A DNA stretch of 63,866 nucleotides, counting the filler, from Corallochytrium limacisporum Hawaii (Eukaryota; Protista; Pluriformea), in the NCBI GenBank assembly GCA_002811645.1. It is 5 parts of 5 records of this genome, joined end to end, with 100 filler letters (N's around TTAATTAATTAA, not from the genome) between each part and the next. Parts side by side here need not be neighbours in the genome. Positions count along the whole stretch, not along the records: positions 22,589 to 28,102 come from PDIP01000218.1; positions 28,203 to 56,612 come from PDIP01000005.1; 3 more parts are not named here. One strand, given 5' to 3'. The position numbers and the translations under genes were made by a program. Positions within the stretch are counted from its first letter, which is position 1. Every line of letters begins with the position of its first letter. Below, in pieces: positions 22,973 through 35,431 of this stretch. The notes beneath the pieces were generated by a model. The model was not told the origin of the DNA. It saw only the letters and a list, made by a program, of their open reading frames with translations, and did not search any database.

Positions 22973-25518
22973 TTGAGGCAAACATGACCACTTGCGTGAG
23001 TTTGTAACGTCTCGGTGATTCCTTGTGTTGCGAGAGAGAGAGAGGGCAAGCTAGAGAAACATTCCTCTATCCATAATAAAGGCGCATAAATGTGGATGGA
23101 AGACATTTTGGCTTGATCCTCCTCCCCACTTGGATTCAAACATTCGTTTACGCATTAGGGTCCCTGCTTTGAACATGACCAGTAGCCGAATTTCAACTGA
23201 TTGGCCCCCAATTAGCAAAGTATAATAATTCTATCAAAATTGGCTATTGATTTGGAACTGCAGGAATGCTGGGTGGAGTCTGGCACAGAAAGCCAGACCA
23301 ACCCCGGTTTTTGTGATCTTCAGGCATCCTAATAGTGTGCAGGAGACTCGGTAGTTTCCTAAACTTCAACTGTAGGGCTGTAGAATGGGTTGATTCGGAT
23401 GTTGTCCGTGTCCGTGTCAGTGGACAGGGGAGGCCCCGGATGGCGATGAGTCATGCGCAGGTAATTTCCTGGACCGCTGATGCCGTTTGCCCTGACTTGG
23501 ATCTAGGTACTGATGTATAAATCATTCGCTGTCATGTCGAGCCAATACCATCGTCCCTGACTTCAGGGTCGCTGTGCAACCATGAGTGCGGTATGCTCTC
23601 TACTTTGGGTAGATGAACTCCTCGAGCAATTGGTGGTGAGCTGTGGTTACTCTACAAGCATTCCATTTATAGAAGGAAATATGTTTGGATCCTCAATTGC
23701 ATTCCAAAAGAAGTAAACGGATACCAGTGACCCAACCCTGGGTAGCAGTACGTGCTTTACCAGGGAAACCTCTTAGCTCTCCATGTTGCAGCCCATCAGG
23801 AAATTTCCCCACAAGCATTATATCGCTATGGTAAGTTGCTTCGTGAAGAAGGCGAGAAATAGTCGCGAATACGAGGTGTGGCTGAACCAGACTAAAGGGA
23901 ACGGAAAGACCGGGCGATTTGCTTTCCGACCATTGTATGACTTCGCTTCTTGCTATCCTTTTCCCCAATTCTACGTGGCATGTGAAGGGGTCAACTTATC
24001 TTGTCTTCTGTAGTATCGTTCGTCCACCCCTAAGCGATAATGTCGACCGTGCTCAACTGCACCAAACCCTGACTCTGCAGAACTCAATTTCCAGCTAGTC
24101 CTCATGTAAACATTCGGTCTCCCTTGCCAGGTCTCGCAGTAGTGTATGTGGAGAAATACCAAACTGTGCGAAACTTCCGCTGTGCGTTTCAGGATGAGCC
24201 GGATTAACCACCTGCACACTCTCAGAACGGAGCTTTTTTATTTAACTGTTCCAGTCGCTGGATTGAAAAAACCCCTACAGTTTCAAAGATCGCTGGCTGG
24301 GGTACAAATTACTGAGACCCGCCCCGGCGACTGGGGTATCTCCACACTGGTGACGCGCTTTGTCCCCAAGAATTCCCTGAGTTGGCCGGGGGGGGAGGCC
24401 ATGCCCAGTATTTGCTGTGCTACTGAGCTTTGGGATTGTGGAAGTGGGAGAACGAGAAAACTGGTGCCGTCGCCATACACCATCGTTGGAGTACGTGATG
24501 AATCTGAAGATAGTCTTTGCATCGGCGGCCCCGAGGAGAACGGAACGGAAACAGAGGGAAGTTTTTCTATCTCTCCCCCCGTGGGTTTTGGAGAATTCCT
24601 GCTTAGGAACAACTCTACCGACCGCCTCCCCTCTCCAACACTCATCCCCACGGTGAGACACGGGAGGTCAAAAACCGAAGGGAAAGAGCCGGGCCCCACG
24701 GGTGTTTTGCGAGCCGAGCCGCCCATTCACGCTGGTAAAGCACTTTGCCCAATACCGGAAAAAAAACCCCCCAAAAAAGAAAACCAAAAGGGAAATAATA
24801 CCTCATCCTAAAAGATTTCTGGAAAATGTGATCCATCTTGTCTGGGTAAACATGCACCAAATTCCAAGGCTAAGTCTTGGTTTGCGGCATCGTGTAAGCA
24901 AGGTGGGTGGGTTTACGTGTTACCCTCTACGAAATCGATGGGTTCACGCGGGTTTTGTGCCACCGAAGGTTGTGTCTATGCGTCGTACTCCCAGAGATAC
25001 CCTTTCGGTGTATGTGGAAAAAGAGAAAGTGGGAATCCAAGAGCCAGAACCGATAACGAAAATAGCAAAGAGTGTGTACAAAGTCAGACCATTCGTCGAT
25101 TTTGATCTCATTCCGAATTATTAGGTACATTCCTTCTGCGCAATTCCTCGACAACAATTTCCTATTACGGCGCGTGGTGGGGGCCCGGGAGCGGGAGAGG
25201 AGAGAGAGGGGGGGGGAGGGGCGCCGCGCCATCGTGGCGCACACTCGGGCCAAAGCGGAAGGGCCCATTAATGAGAGCCTGGCTTCCATGTGGGTTTCTT
25301 CTTTGGTTTTTTTTTTACTTGTTTCTTGGTTCTTGGGGTTTCTCGTTCTTTGCTTCTATTTTGTTTGGGTTTCGCCGCGTCCGCGTAGTAGAATAGGCGT
25401 GTAAACACTTTAGCGGGGATTGCACAAAAGCGGGAACTTCGGTCGAAGTGGTGGCGGTGAAGGAGAAATGCAGGAGAAATTGAAGACGGGGAAAGGAAAA
25501 GGCATGGGGCGGTGGGGT

Positions 25519-25527
25519 AATGAAGAG

Positions 25528-25594
<67 letters not shown>

Positions 25595-26217
25595 NNNNNN
25601 NNNNNNNNNNNNNNNNNNNNNNNNNNNNNNNNNNNNNNNNNNNNNNNNNNNNNNNNNNNNNNNNNNNNNNNNNNNNNNNNNNNNNNNNNNNNNNNNNNNN
25701 NNNNNNNNNNNNNNNNNNNNNNNNNNNNNNNNNNNNNNNNNNNNNNNNNNNNNNNNNNNNNNNNNNNNNNNNNNNNNNNNNNNNNNNNNNNNNNNNNNNN
25801 NNNNNNNNNNNNNNNNNNNNNNNNNNNNNNNNNNNNNNNNNNNNNNNNNNNNNNNNNNNNNNNNNNNNNNNNNNNNNNNNNNNNNNNNNNNNNNNNNNNN
25901 NNNNNNNNNNNNNNNNNNNNNNNNNNNNNNNNNNNNNNNNNNNNNNNNNNNNNNNNNNNNNNNNNNNNNNNNNNNNNNNNNNNNNNNNNNNNNNNNNNNN
26001 NNNNNNNNNNNNNNNNNNNNNNNNNNNNNNNNNNNNNNNNNNNNNNNNNNNNNNNNNNNNNNNNNNNNNNNNNNNNNNNNNNNNNNNNNNNNNNNNNNNN
26101 NNNNNNNNNNNNNNNNNNNNNNNNNNNNNNNNNNNNNNNNNNNNNNNNNNNNNNNNNNNNNNNNNNNNNNNNNNNNNNNNNNNNNNNNNNNNNNNNNNNN
26201 NNNNNNNNAATGAAGAG

Positions 26218-26257
<40 letters not shown>

Positions 26258-26270
26258 AGAGTGGGAGAGT

Positions 26271-26324
<54 letters not shown>

Positions 26325-26340
26325 AGAAGAGAGAAGAGAC
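25519..26340. repeat. (GA)n-rich tract spanning an N gap
   Basis: AATGAAGAGAAAAAAAAA(GA)n is present on both sides of the gap; probably one tract that broke the assembly. Confidence 0.8.
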
Positions 26341-27290
26341 AGAGGCCGTGTGCGCGCAATGTTGAAAATGAAAAAAGGGACAGGACCCGTGGAGAGGGAG
26401 TGACGGAGACCTTAGCAGCGAGGACGTGGACAAAAAAGTTCTCAACGGACAGCTGCACGAGAGGAACGGAGGAAAAAAGTACACACTGGTCATGCAAAAT
26501 GGACCGGGGCACACTTGTCGGCCCAAGACAGGACCAAAAGGGTGGAGTAACCCGTACGGTACGGTACGGTCGGCACCCAGCCGTCGGGGAAAGCGGGGGG
26601 ATAGCTTTTTTGGCGGACAAACCCCTCCCAGGGTGGAGGGGGGAGGGGGGAAAGCGAGACCGGTGTCGGCAGTTGTAAAGCCCGTCAGAAGATTGTTGGC
26701 ATTCGACGCAGGGAATTCTCTCTGCGACAAAGACACAGACCGTATACATGTGTACTGGTGTCTACTTCACTGAATTTGAGGTCACCCTAAAGCGTATCGA
26801 GAACAATATCTGCGTTCCCTTAGTGTGTCGAGTCACCCAGAAACTATTCGTCCAACGGTGTCGTGGTCCCCCAGAAGGGTACCTACACGAATGGCACCAG
26901 GACCTCCACTTGGGCCCAATATTGGCGTCTGCTCTGGCGAAACACTAAGCGAAGATAATTCCTGCAGTGAGCTCAATCCAGCCAACATTTGCCACTCAGT
27001 TGGCCCTTATCTGCATTGACGTGGAAGGGATCGGCGTCCCCTTCCCAAGGCTCGGAAACTCTGTGTGTGCCAAAAAAGCGATGGCCTGGTTGGATCTTCT
27101 TTTGCCGAGAATTTGCGAAGTTGGTGAGAACATTAATCGATACTAAGAATATATGCAAGGGTCACACAGGCTGAGAAGCGCGTTAGCAATGTTTCATGAG
27201 AGGTATTAAAGAGAGAGAGATCTCCGAAGGGAAGATCTCACAAGCAGTTTGGGCCATCAATTCAATAGATCTAAAGAAACAAGTGTAAAC

Positions 27291-28102
27291 ATGGTCGCTT
27301 TGGACAACGTCAACCGCTACTATAGCCTGGGTCAGGTTGTTATTCACAACCACCTGCCGAAGGCTGACGCTTTGCTCTCATGGAACAACCCCGGTGATGT
27401 TCCGATGTATCACACCTGGAGCCCTCCCATGGACGGCTCTGCCGGCCCGGCAATCGTTCCTCACCTCCGCCGCCAGACGTACACGCTCGCCAAGCCCACC
27501 GCAACATGCAGTGGTTTTGAGTCTATGACCATCGATCTTCAGGGTGGTAAGAATAAGAAGGACAAAGGTTCTCTGGACGTAGAAGTTGAGTTCGTCCGCA
27601 ACCTAGAAACTGACGCCTGCTTGGTTCGTGTGGTAAGCGTGGAAAACAATAGCAACAACGCCGTGGCAGTGTGGAGTTACATTGAAGAGAAGAATACAAT
27701 GGACCCCAAGGTCAACATTGTCCTCTGCACCAAAGACGAGTTCTCTAAGGACGGATGCCGCGCCCCCTTGTCCGGCACCGATGCCGTCGATGATGTCAAT
27801 GATAAGTGTGAGGGCGACGAGTGTGCATCCTCAAAGTTGTTCTTCCGCAACATCGCTGGCTTCATGTTCCCGTCATCGAGAAAACCCCTTCCCCGGACCA
27901 ACACGTATTCCAGGTTCACCATTTACAACACTGTTCCCCAAAACAACCCCTTCCAGGTGAATCCCTCCTTTTCCGACATCAGACTGTGGTTTGAAGGCGA
28001 GGAAACGGCCGGTCTTTTCGATGTCCCCTTGTATGAGAACGATCCCTTCGTTATTCCCTACAACTCACATGAGACCTTTGTCCTCGACATCGGTGGCCAC
28101 AC
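27291..28102 (+). CDS. Hypothetical protein, 3'-truncated by an assembly gap
   Basis: ATG at 27291 preceded by TATA-like GTATTAAAG (27203). 270 open codons with strong C-ending bias run into the gap. No family recognised. Confidence 0.78.
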
Positions 28103-28247
28103 NNNNNNNNNNNNNNNNNNNNNNNNNNNNNNNNNNNNNNNNNNNNTTAATTAATTAANNNNNNNNNNNNNNNNNNNNNNNNNNNNNNNNNNNNNNNNNN
28201 NNTGGCGCGAATTTCTCCCTCCCTCCTTATTCCGGTTGATTAAATGT

Positions 28248-28282
28248 GATTTGGAGCAATATTTCGACGCAGAGGATAGTAC
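28248..28282 (+). repeat. 35-bp contig-end motif, copy 3
   Basis: GATTTG GAGC AATATT TCGACG CAGAGG ATAGTAC, 45 bp from the gap. Confidence 0.78.
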
Positions 28283-28609
28283 CTTAAAGGCCGCGGCTGC
28301 GAAATATCTCCCCCACCCCCCAACCTTCCCCGACGACTCAAGAATGTGTGCAGAGCAGAGGCAGTGGAGGAGGGGGGGGGCGAGAAACCTACGTGCTTGC
28401 TGGACACAAGAACCTCTGCATCATTTTGGAGATACTCACCGGCAGCACCCTGATCTTATGTAATCTGGCGCTTCGCACAAATCATGTGCTATTTCATCTA
28501 AGCTAAATCGATTAGATCACCTATCCGAAGAAGAATTTTTATCTCTCACTCAATTTGAGTGGAATGAACTTTTTGAATTGGTGCCTGGAATGTCGTTAGT
28601 TCATTGAAG

Positions 28610-30124
28610 ATGAGTTTGCTTTCAAACGCCCCTCCTTGGATGCTCGTACTCACTGTAGTTTTGGCATATATTGTGGCAAAACTTATCGGATATATCCGAT
28701 GGACGCGTCCTTTCTATAAGCTGCCCCAATACGATGTGACATTGAAAGATCTGCCAAGGAAAAGTTTAGACGCGTATCCGTTCTTCAAGAAAGGGCATGA
28801 TCAGCTGGGTGGAATCTATGCACTCTGGGCTGGCCCATTCCCTTGCATTGTTATGGGGCAGGGAAAGTATATCCAACACATTCTCAAGTCGCAGATCAAC
28901 ATACGAAAAAGTAAGGGTGCTGAAGATTTCTCGTGTTATCTAGGACGCGGACTCCTGATTGACACTGGAGAATCTTGGAAGTTTCATCGCCGTGCTCTGA
29001 CAAATACTTTCCATTTCGAAGTCCTGCGTGACTACATGAGCCCTATGAAGAAGGCTACACTGACGTTTATTGATGTCATCGGCGAATACAGTGAGTCGAA
29101 CGCAGAATTTGATGTGTTACCCTACCTGATCCGTATGACTCTGGATGTCGTCAACGTCACGGCCATGGGTAGAGAATTGGATATTCAGCGCTCGAGCGAC
29201 ACTAAGTACAGCACTGCCTTGGAACAGGCCAATACTTTGCTTGCACTCAGACCCAACTATCTGCAATATTACTTTGATTGGGTATGGAATATGTCTGAGA
29301 TGGGAAAGAAATGCAACAAGTACCTCGAAATTGTCAAAGCTGAGCGTGACTGTGCGATTTTGGAGCGGAAATTGGCTCTCGAAGAGGAGGGCATCAGGGG
29401 AGACATAGATTTGCGGCGGGTCCGCAAGGGGCGTCTCTCATTTCTTGATCTTATGCTCACCGCAAAGAATGCCGATGGAACACCGACCTTCACAGACGAG
29501 GATGTACGGGATCAAGTCAGTACCTTCATGTTTGCGGGCCATGATACCACTGCTATGGCACTTGCTTGGACGATTTGGGAAGTGGCCAAGAACAAAGAGA
29601 TACAAGCAAGGATTCACACCGAGGTAGACGAATTCTTTGCTCAGGGTGATGTTGACATTGACCGACTAAGCGACTTGGTTTACCTGAATGCAGTGATCAA
29701 GGAAACCTTACGCCTCTACCCATCCGCGCCCGTACTTGGTCGAAAAGTGGAGGAAGAATTTGACTGCGAAGGCTACACCATCCCCGCCGGCACCGAGGTG
29801 CTTTTGCACATGCGCTCCGTCAACACCTTCCCCGAAGACTGGCAGAACCCGTACGTGTACGACCCAGACCGCTGGCTGAGTGACAAGCCCTTGTCTCATC
29901 CCTACTGCTATATTCCTTTCAGTGCTGGTCCACGGAATTGTATCGGCATGAAGTTCGCACAGCAGATGCTCAAGACGAGCCTCGCGTACATATTTTATCA
30001 CTACGACATCAAGACATCGAAGAAGGAAATGCTCCGCGAGTTTGTGGTCGTGGAAAAGCCACATGGCGGTGTACCGATCACTATCACACGGCGAGATGTA
30101 CCGCATATTGTCACGTCGGCGTAA
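28610..30124 (+). CDS. Cytochrome P450, CYP4-clan-like
   Basis: N-terminal TM anchor, WKFHRR, I-helix FMFAGHDTT, K-helix ETLRLYP, PDRW, heme motif PFSAGPRNCIG. Confidence 0.96.
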   Translation: MSLLSNAPPWMLVLTVVLAYIVAKLIGYIRWTRPFYKLPQYDVTLKDLPRKSLDAYPFFKKGHDQLGGIYALWAGPFPCIVMGQGKYIQHILKSQINIRKSKGAEDFSCYLGRGLLIDTGESWKFHRRALTNTFHFEVLRDYMSPMKKATLTFIDVIGEYSESNAEFDVLPYLIRMTLDVVNVTAMGRELDIQRSSDTKYSTALEQANTLLALRPNYLQYYFDWVWNMSEMGKKCNKYLEIVKAERDCAILERKLALEEEGIRGDIDLRRVRKGRLSFLDLMLTAKNADGTPTFTDEDVRDQVSTFMFAGHDTTAMALAWTIWEVAKNKEIQARIHTEVDEFFAQGDVDIDRLSDLVYLNAVIKETLRLYPSAPVLGRKVEEEFDCEGYTIPAGTEVLLHMRSVNTFPEDWQNPYVYDPDRWLSDKPLSHPYCYIPFSAGPRNCIGMKFAQQMLKTSLAYIFYHYDIKTSKKEMLREFVVVEKPHGGVPITITRRDVPHIVTSA

Positions 30125-30289
30125 CCTTGAATTCTCACCAAGTAAGTGCTCCTACATGATCTCTGCAAGCACCATTTATCATGACAAGAACAGAGAATAC
30201 TAAATCCCTTTATATTTATGATATGCTATAGTTCAATGTGAATCAAACGTTTTAAATTTTTCGAAACAGCAACGTGTGAACGGCTTGCA

Positions 30290-31822
30290 CTATTTGGTCG
30301 AGATGGACAGAATGTCGTCCCTATTGAGGTAATCCCAATAGTCGTCCTCATGTCCCTTGGCTACGTGATCGAGAAGAATCTTCCGACGACTCTCACAGTA
30401 TTTGGATTTATCCAAGACCTTCTTCTTGATATCCTGAGCAGCATCCTTGTTCACGTTCTGCTCCATGTACTCTGAAAGTTGCTCAGTGGCCATCTCGAGA
30501 TCCCGTTGGTTGTCTTCAAATATGATGCTTTGATTGTTGCGGGCCAAAAAGTAACCGAAGACGTAGGTATACTTCAGTGTGTTCCTGCATTCACACAAGA
30601 TGTCAACAGAGCGCCTCAGAAACTGGACCTCAATCCACGTCATACCCAGGTGCTGTAGTTCTTCCATTTTCTTCTCCACCTGTTCATACAGTTGTCGCTC
30701 GAAGCGAGCACTCTGTTCATGATTGGCATACCGATTATAGTAGTGCAGGTACCGTTCCAGGTACGCGCGAGACTTGGCCTGGGCCTCACGTGCATTAATG
30801 CTTTCTCCTTCTTCGAACCGATTACAGTTGTACCATGATGACCCGTGTGGCTCCCACGGTCCACAACACACCCAACAGAATTCGTACTTACAAGTTGGTG
30901 ATCGACAGGTCATGTGGTTGCAGCCCCCGTTCTTTTCAATTGTGGTCTTGCACTTGGGACATTCCTTTGTGTGAGCGGCTATCCAGTTGGCGGTCTCTGA
31001 ATCATCTGCACATTTGATGAGCCATTTCTTAAGCATCTCGCATTTCACAGGGTCATGCACAGACTGTTGGCAATTGAAACAAAATTTGTGACCGCATTCA
31101 CAAGTCACTTCGAACGTCTGTAAACTCTGGACTTTGATGGCATTTTCACAGCCCGGAGCAGGGCAGAACTTAATGTACCTGTTCGATCCCACGAAATCTC
31201 TTGCAACCAAGTATTCGTATCGACTCAGCACTTTGGGGTCTAAGATGAGTTTGGACACGGTCCATTCATCAACTAGAATGTCACATCCGTGCTGAGGACA
31301 ATGAATATTCTGACCAGAGCCTTCTTCCATAATTTTTCCCCGCAGATACTGGTTCCAACAGTCACTGCAAAACAAATGATGGCACGGCAAGCCAACCATG
31401 GACTTCGGGTCTGTTTCAGACATGCAAATTTCACATTCCGATGGCCCAGTGGCTGCATCAGCAGCAACCGTTAACCCTGCACCCGCTTTATTTGGGTCAA
31501 CAATGTGTGCTTCCTCAAATAATTTTTCTTGGTCACCCTCATAATAGCGCTCTACCAATCGTTCTTTGTCCCAATTAAAATGTTGGAGCAATATACGTGC
31601 CGTTGGTGCAGGAATTTGGAAAATTGTGTTGACGTCTTCAATGTACGTAAGCTGTTTGGAAATGAGATCTTTGGGCTTGAGCACCTCATAATTATTCTCT
31701 GCATGATGACCACTATCAAGAGTACCTCCTTCCTTTTCTATGCTCCCAACGTCAAAGTCGTCGTCGTCCATGTCGTGGTCGGACATGTCGTCGAAGAATT
31801 CGTCATCGTCCATATCAGACAT
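30290..31822 (-). CDS. ARIH1: Ariadne-family RBR E3 ubiquitin ligase
   Basis: Acidic N-terminus, UBA-like segment, RING1 (CEIC..CHHLFCSDCW), IBR (CPAPGC..CECGHKFCFNC), RING2 (TKECPKCKTTIEKNGGCNHMTC), Ariadne domain (RYLHYYNRYANHEQS, FEDNQRDLEMATEQLS). Confidence 0.96.
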   Translation of the reverse strand: MSDMDDDEFFDDMSDHDMDDDDFDVGSIEKEGGTLDSGHHAENNYEVLKPKDLISKQLTYIEDVNTIFQIPAPTARILLQHFNWDKERLVERYYEGDQEKLFEEAHIVDPNKAGAGLTVAADAATGPSECEICMSETDPKSMVGLPCHHLFCSDCWNQYLRGKIMEEGSGQNIHCPQHGCDILVDEWTVSKLILDPKVLSRYEYLVARDFVGSNRYIKFCPAPGCENAIKVQSLQTFEVTCECGHKFCFNCQQSVHDPVKCEMLKKWLIKCADDSETANWIAAHTKECPKCKTTIEKNGGCNHMTCRSPTCKYEFCWVCCGPWEPHGSSWYNCNRFEEGESINAREAQAKSRAYLERYLHYYNRYANHEQSARFERQLYEQVEKKMEELQHLGMTWIEVQFLRRSVDILCECRNTLKYTYVFGYFLARNNQSIIFEDNQRDLEMATEQLSEYMEQNVNKDAAQDIKKKVLDKSKYCESRRKILLDHVAKGHEDDYWDYLNRDDILSISTK

Positions 31823-34800
31823 CTTGGTCTGCTTTGCTACGGTTTAACTTGCTTTTAAGATTTCGACGTTACCTCTGTCTCTGTAAAACTATTTTCGGCT
31901 GCACTCTACTATACACAACATTATACAAGAGACTCTTCCTTTTTCGGAGTTCATGTCCTACACTGGGTGTCCCATATCTGGCTGACATTTCGTACCTTAT
32001 CAGAATTGGTCGGTCCTCCCAAAGATTCAAAGGCTGTCTCTTATCTCCCCTGAACATGATTGCAGGTGTGACACTATTGCCACTGGTGTAGATATCCACT
32101 GACACACCGTCTAACGCTCACACCGAATGACCAACACACACACACAAAGGTATTGCCAGGTTAGCAGGGAGACCGCGGGTGCGCCATTCCGACAGCGAAG
32201 GTCCAGGGTTCACCAGCAGCAGCCCCGAGCAACCCAATCTCTCACTTCCCTGCCATCCCCCCCCCCTACACTCACACTACACAAGTGTGGCACTACCAAT
32301 TCCCGAAGGGTGCGCGTTGGACGAAGAAAAAACTCACCACACCGGAACCTCACGTCTAAAGTGCACCCTCCCCGCTTGTGTGGGTACGTGTGCCCTTGTG
32401 CGAAACTAAATTGAAGTACTATCTGTACTTGTTCTTACTCCGTCTCCCAGTTGCCCAATACCTGGTATTGAGGTCCGTTTGTGGGACTACACCAAGTGGG
32501 GAGAGGAGAGGAGGCTTCCGAGTAGATGAAGGTCTGGGACCGCTGAGGGGAATTTCATAACACACACACACACCCCCCCGGGACCCCGGTGCGGGGAAAC
32601 AGAAAAGAAGAAGAAAAGGAAAAGAAAAGAGGGAAAAAAAATGGTGATCTGCTTAAGAGACGATACTAGCTATCCCCCTAACACCAAAGCCCCCTCCCTC
32701 CCCTCCAGGTTCCATCCCCTCCAGGAACTCGTGCCCCACTGGGAGAAGCGCCCTGCAGTACGATACGTTAATGGACCCGAGCGCCGGTGTTGGTCGGGAC
32801 TAGAGAGAAAAAGTCACGAACAACTCCATAGTCCGTCCGCGTAGAACCCGGTGACCAACCCTGCAGTGGCCTTATTGGGGGCTGCGGAGGTTCCTCTTCT
32901 ACCCCCGCCCGCTGGGCAGCGCAAATAGTTCCCTAGTTTCCGCATGTGGGCGAAGACGAGCGATCTGTGTTGTGGGGCTGCCAATTGAGTTTGAGCTGTG
33001 AGTTTGAGCTGTTTCTATGCTCAATACACTGTGACCGGATGGGGAATCGGAAGTGTTCCTGTCCATCTAGAAAAAACAAGGGGGACCCGTCGCGGTACGG
33101 TTACCAGTCTGCTGGCAGACGGGCCAGGTTCAGGCGTGGTGTGGCCCCCCCGGGGGGGGGTTCACTACCGTCATCAACTCAGTCCACAATTAACGAAAAC
33201 TTGACCAATGACAGCGGACTTCCGAGCCAAAGCGTCCCTACTACCAACGTACAAAATGTACTCAGTATCATCGGGGGAGGGAGGGATTAGAGAATAATGT
33301 CATTTCTGCAGGCTGACCCAGATGATATAGGGTACAACTGTTATCTGTGGGCCGGTGGGTTTGCCCGGTCGGCTGTTCGTCTCTGTAGTTTTATCAAAAC
33401 TGAACAGGGCCAAGCCGCAACGGCATCGCGGCCCGAAAGCGAAGAAGCCAAGAAACGGGAACACCAGATACAGAACCGAAAGCAGTATCCTTCCGAAGCG
33501 GCGCTGTGCCCGGTCACCTGAGAGACATAGCGACGTCGTCCAACGCAAAAAGAATGAATTGCCACCATGGCTCTCCGTGGACGCATTCTCAATCACCGGT
33601 ACTCTCTGTATGAAGACAGAGTGCAGTTGTTTTGAATGGCCTGACCTGGTCGATACGCCTGTCCCACTCCACTTGGTAAGGCAACCGCAGTGTACGGCAG
33701 CGGTAGAGCCCCCAACAGCATCACATTTGAAAACCCAAACACTTTCCGGAACATAGGAGTCCATGATTTTGATTTGGGGGTCCGTTCCGATGGATTTATG
33801 TTTCGCGAATATGGACCCGAACCCTGCCTTGAAAGCCCCCGAAGGTCCGTGTACAGTCTCCCTCTGGCAAGAAACTGGTGGCACCAAGTGGTGGTGCATT
33901 CATTGGCACCGTGGCCTGACTGACAATGCGATGGAAAATGGCAGAATATTGTGAACCCCCTACCTAACCCACCAAAAGCGACTGCTTCCTCACCCCGTAC
34001 AATTTATTCTACGGGTCTGGCTTCACAGTGTGCCCTAACAGTGGCCGGCTCTCGGACTTTCGTCAGTACCGGGGACTGAGCACTACGATCTGTAGTGAAA
34101 AAAGCAAAAACAATCGGGGTGCTGTTGTATGCTATTAGGACTAAAATTGTAACCGAAAAGAAGGAAAAGGGGGTGGCGAATATGGGGTTTAGTAATTGGA
34201 AGGGATCTGCGAATTCCATAGTATATCAACGTGTGGGGGCCAGGTCCAGGTCATTGCGGAGGGAATGCGTTCTAGGCAGATACTACAAGCTGGTTCCAAG
34301 CTGTTGATGAACTGTACAATGTTCCCCTAGCCAAGTATTAGCACCCCAGAAAACATCCCCAAGCGAATCGTGTCAAGTACTTTCAGCAGTATGTACCATG
34401 GAAGGCGGGGCCGCAGCGTTCGACAATGGAAAACTTGGACTACACCTCCGTCACAGCTTGCTTTTTCTAGATCTCTTTGTTTATTGTGCGGCATGACTTC
34501 CTCAGTGTCAACAGTGACTGAAAAAATGATGCCCTGTACTTGGCTCGCTCCTTATCCCACTACGCCTCCTAGCTTGTCCTATACCACCTGGCTCACGAAT
34601 GAGAGGGACAGGCGTGTATCCAGACTTGTGCTCTTTCCACCCACACATGTCTCACATATTAGTGCGTGCCTTTTGTGAGGAGATCTTAGTGCTCTGAAAG
34701 CCTTGGTGCCGTGCTAGAAACGAATAAAGTGATCCTGACTGTGCCAACTATTCGCCCTGGACACTACCAACTGTCTCCTACTGTGACTCGCTCCTTGGTC

Positions 34801-35344
34801 TTACTCTGGCTTGCATCACAATGCTGTCCCTATCGAGCGGTTCATAGCATTTACCAATTTACGAACGAAATTCACACCGTCAGGATTCTTGCGCAGGGCC
34901 ATACGGACGAACCGCGTAGCATTGGGTCATACACGAGGGAAACTGGGAAGGGGGAAGGAGAGGGGAAATGTAGGGGCTACCCAGGAACCGCGAATACGCA
35001 CGGACAGTTCTAATGGTTGCGGAGCATAAAATGAGACGGCATCTTGGGCACCCCCTAGTGGTCAGCGGTGTGCTTCATAATTTATGATGGTTTCAAGATG
35101 CGGTGAAAACTAGTCATAGATGCGAATGATGAGTGTATGTTGTCGCGTAGCGGACCCGGGGGAAAGGGTGCGAATGTGCACCAGCATTCGAGCACCACAG
35201 AGGAACCAGGATCCTACCTTACATTACATCAATTCAGATGTCGAATCTCAGAAGCTATCGTGTCCCAATTCTTTCTAAATACTGCGACCTTGATGCTCAC
35301 TTTGCTCTCATTGTGCTAGATGTGCAACCTACAATGCTGTCGGG

Positions 35345-35353
35345 GTATATAAG
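35345..35353 (+). promoter_or_regulatory. TATA-like box
   Basis: GTATATAAG 87 bp upstream of the ATG at 35432. Confidence 0.55.
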
Positions 35354-35431
35354 TAGTTCCACCGTAGCGATATTTCCCGATCGGACGGACTGGTCATCAC
35401 CCTTAAATTATATTGAATTAGTCAAAGCATC

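Noticed and set aside
22595-22981. 128-aa minus-strand ORF
   Set aside because: Shadow of the plus-strand Cys-rich fragment.
23335-24726. Ser/Pro-rich minus-strand ORF 24283-24726 and downstream interrupted frames
   Set aside because: Possibly degraded coding sequence, but no family is recognisable.
33297-33954. Overlapping short ORFs between ARIH1 and PI-PLC
   Set aside because: No domain signature; multiple stops in the most plausible frame.
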